Part shown: piece after piece, positions 1 through 9,060 of the stretch
Numbering within the stretch: position 1 is the first letter of the stretch
How the letters are laid out: every line of letters begins with the position of its first letter
From: a virus
IMG/VR virus record: IMGVR_UViG_3300010165_000001
Location: 64,001-128,000 of that record
Strand: one strand, 5' to 3'
DNA length: 64,000 nucleotides
Notes under the pieces: generated by a model
Databases searched by the model: none
Told to the model about the DNA's origin: nothing
The model's input: the letters and a program-made list of their open reading frames with translations, nothing else
Made by a program: the position numbers and the translations under genes

Positions 1-752
1 CACTCAAAATCTGATTTGTATAAAGGTATTGTTACTCCTTGACCATTCTTCCAACTTAGAGATGTTACTAGAGCTTTACTTCCTTCTAAGTCTGGTCTTA
101 ATGAATTGGTTTCTAAATCCCATGCAGTTATATCTACACCATCATTCTCATCTTGTTTAACTTCTTTAGTAAATATTTCTCTTACTCTTTCAATATTATC
201 TACAAACTCATATTTAACTTCTTTAGGTTTAAAGACTTCTTCACCGTTTTGTACGTATCTTTCTAATATGTCCATATCAGCTAAGACTTGTCTTTCACTG
301 TTTTTATTTACATTTGTGTATTCAATACTGTATGTTGGTAGTACCCAAGTAGAAACTTCCCCTATATCTATCTTTTTAGGAACCCCTCTAACAGAACCTA
401 ACTTAGTTACATTCAATAACATCTTAATACCTAATTTACCTGTAGGTACTATAATATCTGGTTTAATTTCTTCTATTCTAGCTTTAAGTTCTTCCATGAA
501 AGGTTTAGCTTCTGTTAGCTTTACATCTTCATATTTGATAACCTTACCATAGTTATTGTAAATAGGTTGAGGAATTTGATTATATACATAGTCAAATACA
601 TAGTCTTTACGTTGTCCATCTCTTCTTAAACTTGTTGTTGATTCTATAACTTGTTTAAATGTTTTACCATTCTGTGTTTGCAAGTATTTCCAATGTCCAT
701 TATTGTCGTAATGGTCTATTCTAATAAAGTCTAATAAAAATAAAACTTTCAT
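1..752 (-). CDS. Family A (PolA-like) DNA polymerase, N-terminal ~250 aa only; the gene continues past the left edge
   Basis: Absent from the ORF track because it is open at nt 1. The minus-strand ATG at 752-750 overlaps the TAA of the upstream gene (TAATG). My translation, MKVLFLLDFIRIDHYDNNGHWKYLQTQNGK..., stays open to nt 1. It contains ..DENDGVDITAWDLETNSLRPD.., the DxE ExoI motif of 3'-5' exonuclease domains. Confidence 0.75.
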   Translation of the reverse strand, partial: MKVLFLLDFIRIDHYDNNGHWKYLQTQNGKTFKQVIESTTSLRRDGQRKDYVFDYVYNQIPQPIYNNYGKVIKYEDVKLTEAKPFMEELKARIEEIKPDIIVPTGKLGIKMLLNVTKLGSVRGVPKKIDIGEVSTWVLPTYSIEYTNVNKNSERQVLADMDILERYVQNGEEVFKPKEVKYEFVDNIERVREIFTKEVKQDENDGVDITAWDLETNSLRPDLEGSKALVTSLSWKNGQGVTIPLYKSDFE

Positions 753-1024
753 TATCTCACCTCAATATCTACAGTATCATGGTCTGACCAAGTGTCTAAC
801 TTAACATTAGTTTCTACCTCTATATCAGATAAAACATCCTCTATACCTTTATAAATATCCTCTGAGAGTTCATCTTTATCAATAACACCTTTATTAAAAG
901 CTTCTGCTATCACAACTTCAATAATAGTTTTAAATTCTATCTCGTTAATCATAACCTCCTTATCAACTTTTAGATGTCTAAATAAATCATAGTTCTCAAA
1001 TAAATCTCTAATTGTAATTTTCAT
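752..1024 (-). CDS. Hypothetical protein (90 aa, acidic)
   Basis: Minus-strand ORF, co-directional with its neighbours. Its stop overlaps the PolA start. No motif recognised. Confidence 0.55.
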   Translation of the reverse strand: MKITIRDLFENYDLFRHLKVDKEVMINEIEFKTIIEVVIAEAFNKGVIDKDELSEDIYKGIEDVLSDIEVETNVKLDTWSDHDTVDIEVR

Positions 1025-1087
1025 CTTAACCTCTCCTTTTATTCGTTATGTATATAGTGTATCACAAACAAAAAAAGAAAGCAAGTA

Positions 1088-1387
1088 CTAATTGCTTTCT
1101 GTGTTTATATCTTCTATCGCTTTTTCTAGTTGTGTTAATGGTTTAAATTCTATATATTTTCTTTCTGGTAATTCAAAGTATTCTTTATTAAAACCATCAT
1201 ATGCTTTCTTACTTGGTCTAGTCTTAATCTCTAATTGAAATAGTTTATGATGTTTGATTTTCTTATGTCCTTCTGATATAAATTCTGCTATACTATCTTC
1301 TTCGGCTTCTAGTATTTCTTCTATATCTCTTATAAAATAACCTGTCTTATCAGATATTCTTCTAGCTAAGTCTTTTCTGTTAATCAT
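1088..1387 (-). CDS. HU/IHF-like DNA-binding protein
   Basis: 99 aa. The N-terminus, MINRKDLARRISDKTGYFIRDIEEILEA, resembles the HU/IHF helix-turn-helix start. A basic arm region, KTRPSKKAYDGFNKEYFELPERKYIEFKP, follows. It sits just upstream of polA, as I recall for the 'integration host factor' gene of phage K-like genomes. Confidence 0.6.
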   Translation of the reverse strand: MINRKDLARRISDKTGYFIRDIEEILEAEEDSIAEFISEGHKKIKHHKLFQLEIKTRPSKKAYDGFNKEYFELPERKYIEFKPLTQLEKAIEDINTESN

Positions 1388-2112
1388 GAGGTTATATTAT
1401 TCTCCTTTTTGACTTTAGTAATAATTTTAGATACTTCTTCGTAGTCTTTATCTGTGTTTGTTATTATATAGAGATACATTTTCCATACCGATAATGGGAG
1501 TCTTAGTTTAGTTGTAAAATCATATTTGTAATCAGGTTTAACATCATACCCTTCCCCATCATAGAAGTAATACTCTTCTTGGTCTTCTTGGATACTTGTT
1601 AGTCTAGGAAATGATAAATGAATCTCATCTACACTCATCTTCAAACTATATAGACCTTTAATAATAAGATAAGGGTTAACATAAGGGAAAGTAATAGCTA
1701 CATCAATAACTACTTTCACACCCATATAACTTAAAGATATATTATCAATTTGTTTATCTGTGAAATCTTCTTTCATTTGATAAACTACAGTAGAGTTTTT
1801 ATTATTAGATAATTGTTTAAATACATAGTAAGGAACAACTGTATCTGTATAAAATGTAACCCCACTACTATGTGAACATATCTTTTCTATAAGTCTATCA
1901 TTATTATATTGTTCATTAAATAACATGTACTTCTTATCTGTCTTAGCTTTGTATCTCTTAGACTTCTTTTCTAATTCATTCATTTCTTTTTCTATTTCAT
2001 CTTCATTAAGTCTAGTTACTTTTATGTACTCTTGGAATTCATCTTTTGTCTTTGTATGAATGTTAAAGTACCTATCACTATTATATATAGTCAGTGTTTT
2101 ATTTTTACCCAA
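1384..2112 (-). CDS. Hypothetical protein (242 aa)
   Basis: Minus-strand ORF with a TTG start preceded by AAAGGAGAG. It overlaps the next gene by 4 nt. No motif recognised. Confidence 0.6.
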   Translation of the reverse strand: MGKNKTLTIYNSDRYFNIHTKTKDEFQEYIKVTRLNEDEIEKEMNELEKKSKRYKAKTDKKYMLFNEQYNNDRLIEKICSHSSGVTFYTDTVVPYYVFKQLSNNKNSTVVYQMKEDFTDKQIDNISLSYMGVKVVIDVAITFPYVNPYLIIKGLYSLKMSVDEIHLSFPRLTSIQEDQEEYYFYDGEGYDVKPDYKYDFTTKLRLPLSVWKMYLYIITNTDKDYEEVSKIITKVKKENNITS

Positions 2113-2138
2113 CTTTAACTCTCCTTTAATTTTATATT

Positions 2139-2187
2139 AAAAAACACCACTACCCTGTTACATATATTATAACATAAGTAGTGGTGT
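2139..2187 (-). terminator. Putative terminator hairpin with a large loop
   Basis: On the minus strand, ACACCACTAC (25-nt loop) GTAGTGGTGT is followed by TTTTTT, just downstream of the 2201 stop. The loop contains TGTTATAAT, an extended -10-like sequence. Confidence 0.4.
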
Positions 2188-2200
2188 ATTCAAAATATAA

Positions 2201-2593
2201 TTAGCTTAAACTAATTCCTAAGTCTTTTACTAAAGCATCCATTTTATTAATACCTTCTGTAGGTTCTTTTATTTCTTTTTGAGAAACTAGTTCTCCATCT
2301 TTAAAACCTAATAGTGTAGGTACTTCTTTAATATCAAAATACTTTTCTACAGTTTCTTTTCCTTCTTTAGCTTGGTCTGTATTTAAGTTAACTGAGTGAA
2401 TATCTAATTGTAAGGCATCTATATAACTTCCAATACCAAACTCTAACATAGAACAAAAACCACAATTATCTTCACTAATCATTACTAATAACTTATCATT
2501 AGTTCCAGCTAAAGTTTCTAATTCTACTAAACTTTCTACTTGTTCAATCTTTTTAGGCTCCATAATAATCTCCTTTATTGTTAAGCTTCGCAA
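2201..2593 (-). CDS. Thioredoxin-fold redoxin (NrdH/glutaredoxin-like)
   Basis: 130 aa with a CxxC site in ..ISEDNCGFCSMLEF... It overlaps the end of the RNR alpha gene by 13 nt, which suggests translational coupling. Confidence 0.6.
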   Translation of the reverse strand: MRSLTIKEIIMEPKKIEQVESLVELETLAGTNDKLLVMISEDNCGFCSMLEFGIGSYIDALQLDIHSVNLNTDQAKEGKETVEKYFDIKEVPTLLGFKDGELVSQKEIKEPTEGINKMDALVKDLGISLS

Positions 2594-4263
2594 TTAATAC
2601 ATAGTTTTGATAGGTTGAATTGTTGTGCTGCATTAGTACCATGTTGGTAATATAATGATTTAATTCCATTAGCCCAAGCAAATAGGTATAATTCATTTAA
2701 TTCTTCAGAAGTAACATTAGTAGGATTAACCATAATATTTAGAGATTGTCCTTGGTCAATATAATATTGTCTTGTTGCTGCTTGGTCTAAAATATTATAT
2801 TGGTTGATTTCTCCATAAGTCTTGAATACTTCTTTTTCTGTTTGGTTTAGGAAATCTAAGTGTTGAACAGAACCATCAGTATCTCTAATACTTTCCATTA
2901 CTTCTTTTGTGTCCTTACCTTTTTCTTGTAATAATTCTTTTAGATAAGGGTTAATCATAGTTTTTTTAACTTTAGCAGTATCAACAACATAGTAGTTACT
3001 CATGAAAGGTTCTATTGATTTAGAAACTTGTCCAAGAATGAATGAACTTGAAGTTGTTGGAGCTACAGCGAGTAACGTTGTGTTACGTCTACCATACCCT
3101 TTTAGAATTTCTGGTTCTCCTAATAAGTTTGCTAATTCTTCACTTGCTTTATATGCACGTTTTCTTATTAAAGCAAATATTTGTGAATTTAATCTACTTG
3201 CCTCCACACTTTCAAAAGGAATAAGTTTAGATTGTAAGTATGAGTGCCAACCTAACACACCTAAACCTAAGGCACGATTTTCTTTAGCAAAGTTGTAAGC
3301 ACGCTCCATTAATTTAAAAGCTTCTACTTCTTCTCTATCTCGTGAATCTCTCATTAATTCTAGGTCTGAAATAAACTCACTCATTACTGCATCTAAGAAA
3401 TAAATCATTGTTTCTACTGCATCAGTGTCTTTCCATTCTTCATATTTAACTAAGTTCATACTAGATAAGTCACAAACAAATGACCAATCTTCTTTATTAG
3501 GTAACATTATCTCTGAACATAAGTTTGAGTTGTTAATTAATAATCCTTTATCTTTATAAACATCTACCGTATTTTTATTAGCATTAGTATGGAAGAATAT
3601 ATAAGGGAAACCTAGTTGAGTTCTACGTGTAAGTACTTTAGACCATATTCTACGTTTCTCTGTATCACCATTAATCATCTCTAACATCCAGTCATCTGTA
3701 ATAGATACTGCATGTGTCATGTTTTGGATTGGGTTACCTTCTGTACCTATTTCTAAAAATTCATCAATATCAGGGTGGTCAATAGGTAAGTAAGGACTAA
3801 AACGTCCTCTACGTGTGTTTCCCTGAGATACTACATCTGTTTCTGTTTCAAATAATTTCATAAAATGTACAGAACCACTTGTTTCACCATTATCAGTGAT
3901 TTTAGCACCTCTAGGTCTTATTTCACCAAAGTAACCGCTAGTACCTCCTCCATACTTACTCATTATTCCTACTTCACTGGCAGAGTTTAAAATACTTGGT
4001 ATGTTATCTTCAACATAACTACCAAAACAACTTATACTTAATCCTTTACCTTTACCAAAGTTAGCCCATACAGGACTTGATAAGGAATAAAAACCTCTAC
4101 CCATGTAATCATAAAATTTATCTGAAAAGCCTTCGATACCTAAAATATCTTCGGCTTTATCTGCTATATCTTTAATTCGTTGTTCAGGTGTCTCACCCTC
4201 ACTTAAGTACCCTCTTTCTAAGAATACTCGTGAATCTGTGTTTAACCATTCAAAGTTTGCCAA
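2581..4263 (-). CDS. nrdA: Ribonucleotide reductase catalytic (alpha) subunit, short form without an ATP-cone
   Basis: 560 aa. Class I motifs are present: LSISCFGSY, the active-site NSNLCSEI (N-x-C-x-E), APTTSSS, the radical-transfer pair SLYYQ, and a C-terminal redox pair CINCEA. Confidence 0.85.
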   Translation of the reverse strand: MANFEWLNTDSRVFLERGYLSEGETPEQRIKDIADKAEDILGIEGFSDKFYDYMGRGFYSLSSPVWANFGKGKGLSISCFGSYVEDNIPSILNSASEVGIMSKYGGGTSGYFGEIRPRGAKITDNGETSGSVHFMKLFETETDVVSQGNTRRGRFSPYLPIDHPDIDEFLEIGTEGNPIQNMTHAVSITDDWMLEMINGDTEKRRIWSKVLTRRTQLGFPYIFFHTNANKNTVDVYKDKGLLINNSNLCSEIMLPNKEDWSFVCDLSSMNLVKYEEWKDTDAVETMIYFLDAVMSEFISDLELMRDSRDREEVEAFKLMERAYNFAKENRALGLGVLGWHSYLQSKLIPFESVEASRLNSQIFALIRKRAYKASEELANLLGEPEILKGYGRRNTTLLAVAPTTSSSFILGQVSKSIEPFMSNYYVVDTAKVKKTMINPYLKELLQEKGKDTKEVMESIRDTDGSVQHLDFLNQTEKEVFKTYGEINQYNILDQAATRQYYIDQGQSLNIMVNPTNVTSEELNELYLFAWANGIKSLYYQHGTNAAQQFNLSKLCINCEA

Positions 4264-4279
4264 TATCTATTCTCCTCCA

Positions 4280-5629
4280 TTAATTACCTAGTGTTAACAT
4301 TCTCATTCTTAAAATCTCATTAACCTTGTCTTTAGACAGTTTTTCTTCATTTTCCTCAAACTCTGAATTAGATGAGAATAGTGTATCTTCTGTTACTGTA
4401 TTTGTAAATTTAGTATAGTTAACAGAACGTTTAGATAAGAAATCCGTTAGTTTCGTACTAATAACTTCATCATCAAACCATGCTGTTTCTGCTAACACTT
4501 CTTCATCAATTTTAAATAATTTTTCAAATCCGATTGATTCTAAAGAATTGTTTAATCTGTTTTTAATAAATTCTTTTACAGTACGCTTAGGTAAGAACTC
4601 TAACTCACCGTCTTCATATAACCAGTCTAAAACTTTTTTCTCTGTTTCATATGAATGTTCGCATGCTTCATATACTGTACGTTTCATTTCCCCATCGAAC
4701 CATTCAGGATGTTCTCCTCTTAAGATATTAATAATTTCAATACCAAATAGACCATGAATTTGTTCTTCTTTAGATGTAGCCTCAATAGCATTAGATAACC
4801 CTCTGAATAGGTTCTTATGTTTATTGAAACTCATCATGATTAAGAATTGACTGAATAATGATACATGCTCAATAAATAGTGAGAATAGTAATACTGACAG
4901 TACATAGTCTCTATTATCTTCACTCTTACTTAATTTAGTGTGCATAGTAAGCTCATCTACACGCTCTCTTAATGCAGGTATATCGTCTATATGTTTAAAT
5001 TCTTCATTTAATCCTAACAATTCTAGTAGGTGAGAGTAAGCATCAGCATGTCTAACTTCTGATTCTGAGAACGTTGCACCAACTGCACCTGTTTCCCATT
5101 TAGGCATACGATGATATAGGTCACCCCAAAATGTTTTAACAGCAACTTCAACTTGTGCAATAGCTAACATAGCATTTTTAATTGCAGTTCGTTCGTGAGG
5201 TTTAACATTTTGTTTAAAGTCTTGAATATCACTTGTATAATTAAATTCGGTATGAATCCAATAACTGTTTCTAATAGCATCTGCATATTCTAGTAATTCA
5301 GGGTATTCATAAGGTTTTAATTCTTTTCTTGGTTTAAATATATCTCGTCTACGTTCTCTATCTCTTTTGTCTCTATACAAAATAAAAGCCTTAGCAGTAT
5401 CTTTATACTTACTACCAAGCAATACTTCTTCCACTGTATCTTGAACACACTCTACTGTAAGTGTCTCTTCTTTTTCTTCTAATAGACTATCTACATCTTC
5501 TACTAAAGTATCGATATTATCTTCCAAGAACTCATTCGTTTCTGTATTAGCTCTTAGGATAGCATTTGTTATTTTATTTAGGTCATACTCCACAACAGAC
5601 CCGTCACGTTTCTTAATTTGCGTAATCAA
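4280..5629 (-). CDS. nrdB: Ribonucleotide reductase radical-generating (beta) subunit with an N-terminal ATP-cone
   Basis: 449 aa. Residues 1-95 (IKKRDGSVVEYDLNKITNAI...VECVQDTVEEVLL...AKAFILYRDKRDRE) match the ATP-cone consensus. The ferritin-like core carries LAIAQVEVAV, SESEVRHADAYS (E-x-x-H then Y at +4) and SKEEQIHG (E-x-x-H). Confidence 0.85.
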   Translation of the reverse strand: MITQIKKRDGSVVEYDLNKITNAILRANTETNEFLEDNIDTLVEDVDSLLEEKEETLTVECVQDTVEEVLLGSKYKDTAKAFILYRDKRDRERRRDIFKPRKELKPYEYPELLEYADAIRNSYWIHTEFNYTSDIQDFKQNVKPHERTAIKNAMLAIAQVEVAVKTFWGDLYHRMPKWETGAVGATFSESEVRHADAYSHLLELLGLNEEFKHIDDIPALRERVDELTMHTKLSKSEDNRDYVLSVLLFSLFIEHVSLFSQFLIMMSFNKHKNLFRGLSNAIEATSKEEQIHGLFGIEIINILRGEHPEWFDGEMKRTVYEACEHSYETEKKVLDWLYEDGELEFLPKRTVKEFIKNRLNNSLESIGFEKLFKIDEEVLAETAWFDDEVISTKLTDFLSKRSVNYTKFTNTVTEDTLFSSNSEFEENEEKLSKDKVNEILRMRMLTLGN

Positions 5630-5644
5630 TCAAATATCCCCTTT

Positions 5645-5956
5645 TTATTTATGTTTTTCAATCATTTCCTCAATTTTTTCTTTAGGTGCAAAACCATTAA
5701 TACTATCTACTTTTTCTCCATCTTTGTATAGTATCAATGTAGGAATACTCATAACTCCAAGATTTGAAGATACATCAGGTTCTTCATCAATATTAACTTT
5801 AAGAACATCCAGGTCATTAGATTCTTCACCGATAGCTTCTACAGAAGGCATAACCATTTTACATACACTACACCAAGGTGCCCATAAATCAACTAGGTTT
5901 AACCCTTCTTTTGTTTTATTATCAAAATCTTTTGTTTCTATATCAATTACTGCCAT
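5645..5956 (-). CDS. Thioredoxin
   Basis: 103 aa. It has the WAPWCSVCK active site (WCxxC) and the cis-Pro region ..MSIPTLILYKDGE.. typical of thioredoxins. Confidence 0.8.
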   Translation of the reverse strand: MAVIDIETKDFDNKTKEGLNLVDLWAPWCSVCKMVMPSVEAIGEESNDLDVLKVNIDEEPDVSSNLGVMSIPTLILYKDGEKVDSINGFAPKEKIEEMIEKHK

Positions 5957-5971
5957 TATTAAACATTCTCC

Positions 5972-6580
5972 TTATAATTTATCCATAATATTTTCTATAG
6001 CCTTGTCCTCATCTTTATTATCTTTTGTAGTTTCACTTTCTATCACTTTATAAGGTTCAGGCTTAAAATCGTCATAGTGATATTTAATATAGGAGGTCTT
6101 AAAACTGGTCAACGTATCAATGGTCATTATCATTACATCAAAATATTGTTTATCTTTTCTTATATTTTCAGTAATGAAATCCGTTCTCATGATAGGCTCA
6201 CCTGTGTCTCTTACATCTTCATATACACTTTCAATATATGGTAATGCTACAAATGTGTTAGCTCTATTCCTTGTAAATATCAAACAAGGAGCTTTACCTA
6301 TTCTATTTGAATCAGTGATTACTTGCTCCCACCAAGTATGTGGTTCTTTGTTATTAAGCATTATATTTTCTATTGTCCAATTTTCTCTATGCTTACATTC
6401 TATTACTAATGGAAAGTTAGCTTGCGGAGGGGCAACTATATCCCCTACCGCATTATTATCAGCTAACCAATGAGAACCTCCTGATTGAGGAGTTCTAGAA
6501 AACTTGAACCCCCACCAATCACCAAGGACTTTAGCAATCTTTCTCTCGAAAGTATTACCTTTTTGTTTACTATTAACCAT
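5972..6580 (-). CDS. PD-(D/E)XK nuclease, putative Holliday-junction resolvase
   Basis: 202 aa. The N-terminus is KQKGNTFERKIAKVL. A D...E-x-K signature is present (..GDIVAPP...LVIECKHRE..). Size and position match the 'resolvase' gene I recall between primase and RNR in phage K-like genomes. Confidence 0.55.
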   Translation of the reverse strand: MVNSKQKGNTFERKIAKVLGDWWGFKFSRTPQSGGSHWLADNNAVGDIVAPPQANFPLVIECKHRENWTIENIMLNNKEPHTWWEQVITDSNRIGKAPCLIFTRNRANTFVALPYIESVYEDVRDTGEPIMRTDFITENIRKDKQYFDVMIMTIDTLTSFKTSYIKYHYDDFKPEPYKVIESETTKDNKDEDKAIENIMDKL

Positions 6581-6975
6581 TATTTATCGTCTTTCTTGAA
6601 TTGGACAACTTTCTCATCAGATTTATTTTCTTTTTCTTCTGCTTCTTGGTCTTCTTTGAATTTCTCTTGGATTTCTTTCTCTCTTTCATCAAGAGCTCTT
6701 TCAATATCTTCTGTAGTTACATTAATTTTATCACGTAAAATAAAGAATACTGAGTCTAACATTGCTGTTAAGTTGTTAATATCACTTTGAGTTTCTAGTC
6801 TTACTAAATACTGTGCAATTGTAGAAGCATCAGCTAAGTTTACTGTTCTCTTAGATAAACGTTCTAATTGTTTTACTTGTTTTTCAGAAGGTTCTTTACC
6901 TTCTACTTTACCAAACGTAATAAATTCTACCCACATTCTTAAGTCTTGTTCACTAATTTGTTTTTCTTCAGCCAT
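6580..6975 (-). CDS. Hypothetical protein (131 aa)
   Basis: Minus-strand ORF abutting its neighbours with start/stop overlap. No motif recognised. Confidence 0.55.
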   Translation of the reverse strand: MAEEKQISEQDLRMWVEFITFGKVEGKEPSEKQVKQLERLSKRTVNLADASTIAQYLVRLETQSDINNLTAMLDSVFFILRDKINVTTEDIERALDEREKEIQEKFKEDQEAEEKENKSDEKVVQFKKDDK

Positions 6976-7292
6976 TATTCATTCTCCTCTACTTTTTGTT
7001 TATTTTCATAAATTTTATTTTGCATCTCTTCTACAGTATCTTCTGTAATAATTCCTGTGTCAATCATAGATTCAATCATTATGTTTAAATCTTCAACTAA
7101 CCCATCTTCTGTATTAGTCATTTGTGTATCAATGTTACGAATTAAGTTAGTTACAACTAATGCTAATTCTTCTCGTGTAACAGTAATATCTCTACCTTCT
7201 TTTAAAGTTTCTTCATAGTCTTGTTTATCTTTCATTGTCATACTATGAATAACTTTATCAATATAATTTAAAATACTTTCTTTCTCTTCCAT
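6975..7292 (-). CDS. Hypothetical protein (105 aa, acidic)
   Basis: Minus-strand ORF abutting the next gene. No motif recognised. Confidence 0.55.
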   Translation of the reverse strand: MEEKESILNYIDKVIHSMTMKDKQDYEETLKEGRDITVTREELALVVTNLIRNIDTQMTNTEDGLVEDLNIMIESMIDTGIITEDTVEEMQNKIYENKQKVEENE

Positions 7293-7352
7293 CTACATTT
7301 CCTCCTTGTGTCGATATATTCATTATACCACAATATCTTGTATTTAACAAGC

Positions 7353-8414
7353 TTAATTTATAAGTTTTTGTTGAATTTCATAATTTGTTAATCCTTCTGG
7401 TGTTGCTTTAATTCTTTTGTCTTTAATTAATTGAAAAGCTTTCTCAGTACCTAAATCATTTGGGTCTTCCTCCCCATGAGGTACAACATAAGTATTTGGA
7501 AACTTCTTAAATAATTCTCTAGCTACTTTTACATTGTACGTATAAGCATCACTATCTAGCATTAAATAAATATCTGTGTCTGGTTTTACATATTTCTTAA
7601 TCAATTTAATTTGATTATCAGATACTGCTTTACCGAATGTAGCTATACCGTATTGATGAAATGTTAGTGCATCAAAAACACCCTCAGTTATAATTAACAT
7701 TCTTTGGTCTTTAGCCTTATTGAAGTTAAATAAAACATCTTTCTTACCATATTGTTCATCACTTGCAGGTGCATTAATAGTTTTCATCTTGGTTGGAATA
7801 ATACTTCTTGTATTCCAATAAACGTATTCACCTTGTGCATTATACGTAAAGAATATTAAACTATTGTAGAAAGTAAAGGTTTGAATATTATCTGACTTAT
7901 AACATTTAGACTCTACAGTATAAGCAATATTATGTTCGATAATTTGCTGTAGTGTAACCCCTCTACTATTTAGGTACCTTAGAAAAGGAACAGCTTCTTT
8001 ATTATATAAGTTTTGAGATAAGAATTTATAATTAAAAGGTAATTTAGGTGGCTTCTTTTTAACTTCATATTCTTCAGGTTCTACACCTCTTAGTAGAAGT
8101 ATTAACTTTTCACTATCTGATAGACTATTATCAAATTTAATTGTTTTATCCATGTCTATTTCAATATTATTTTGTTCTAATAGTTTTACTGCATTTCTAC
8201 TATCAACGTTATAATATTGTTTCATAAATGTAATAGGATTTCCTGTTTCACCACAATTAAAACAAATGTATTGTCCATTCTTAGAATCTAAAGATTGTTT
8301 AACATAGAAACGTTTCTTTGTATCTGAACAGAAAGGACAATTATATCTTAATTCTCCTACTGTACTTTCTAAAGGTGCACCTAAAGTACCTTGTAAAAAT
8401 TCTTCAAACCTCAT
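7353..8414 (-). CDS. DNA primase (zinc finger plus Toprim)
   Basis: 353 aa. It has a CHC2-type zinc finger (CPFCSDTKKRFYV...CFNCGETGN) and Toprim motifs (ITEGVFDALTF, YLMLDSDAY). Confidence 0.8.
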   Translation of the reverse strand: MRFEEFLQGTLGAPLESTVGELRYNCPFCSDTKKRFYVKQSLDSKNGQYICFNCGETGNPITFMKQYYNVDSRNAVKLLEQNNIEIDMDKTIKFDNSLSDSEKLILLLRGVEPEEYEVKKKPPKLPFNYKFLSQNLYNKEAVPFLRYLNSRGVTLQQIIEHNIAYTVESKCYKSDNIQTFTFYNSLIFFTYNAQGEYVYWNTRSIIPTKMKTINAPASDEQYGKKDVLFNFNKAKDQRMLIITEGVFDALTFHQYGIATFGKAVSDNQIKLIKKYVKPDTDIYLMLDSDAYTYNVKVARELFKKFPNTYVVPHGEEDPNDLGTEKAFQLIKDKRIKATPEGLTNYEIQQKLIN

Positions 8415-8418
8415 ATAA

Positions 8419-9057
8419 TCATTCCTTTAACATATACTGTAGACTTTCAAGTCTATCTTTATATCCTATCCCTTTTCCAATACTTGCAATTTTCTTCATA
8501 ATCACAGTCATATTATATAACTGTCCTAATTCATCATAAGCATTGTTTAAAGTATCATCACTCTTACTTAATGCTCTATCAATTTGTGTCGTTAAATCAT
8601 TATCGATTAGTCTCTTTAATTGTTTATTATTTAAAGTCTCTTTATATTTCTCTAATACAATTAAATTAACTTTTTCAAAAATCATTCTAATCTTAGCAAA
8701 GTTCATTAATACTTTTTCTATATCAAAGTCTTCATCTATGAATGTAATATCAAATTCCTTTGCTCTTTCTTTAAGTTTAAGGTTATCTTCTTTCACACTA
8801 TCAAATGTAAAGTATTCAGTGTAATCTTGTTCATCTACTAAGTAAGTGTCTGTTTCTTTATAATGTTTAGGTAATGTAGAAGTTAATCTACATAGTTGTA
8901 TTTTATCACCTGTATTACTTATTTTCAAGTCATATGCTAAACTTAATGGATACCATTCAATTAAATTATCCAAGTTAACCTTAATAATTTTATCCTCTGA
9001 ATTCTTATATCTACATTTCAAATAACTATTTTCCCTATCTTTAATTACTAATTTCAC
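8419..9057 (-). CDS. Hypothetical protein (212 aa)
   Basis: Minus-strand ORF in the replication module. No motif recognised. Confidence 0.55.
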   Translation of the reverse strand: MKLVIKDRENSYLKCRYKNSEDKIIKVNLDNLIEWYPLSLAYDLKISNTGDKIQLCRLTSTLPKHYKETDTYLVDEQDYTEYFTFDSVKEDNLKLKERAKEFDITFIDEDFDIEKVLMNFAKIRMIFEKVNLIVLEKYKETLNNKQLKRLIDNDLTTQIDRALSKSDDTLNNAYDELGQLYNMTVIMKKIASIGKGIGYKDRLESLQYMLKE

Positions 9058-9060
9058 TAA

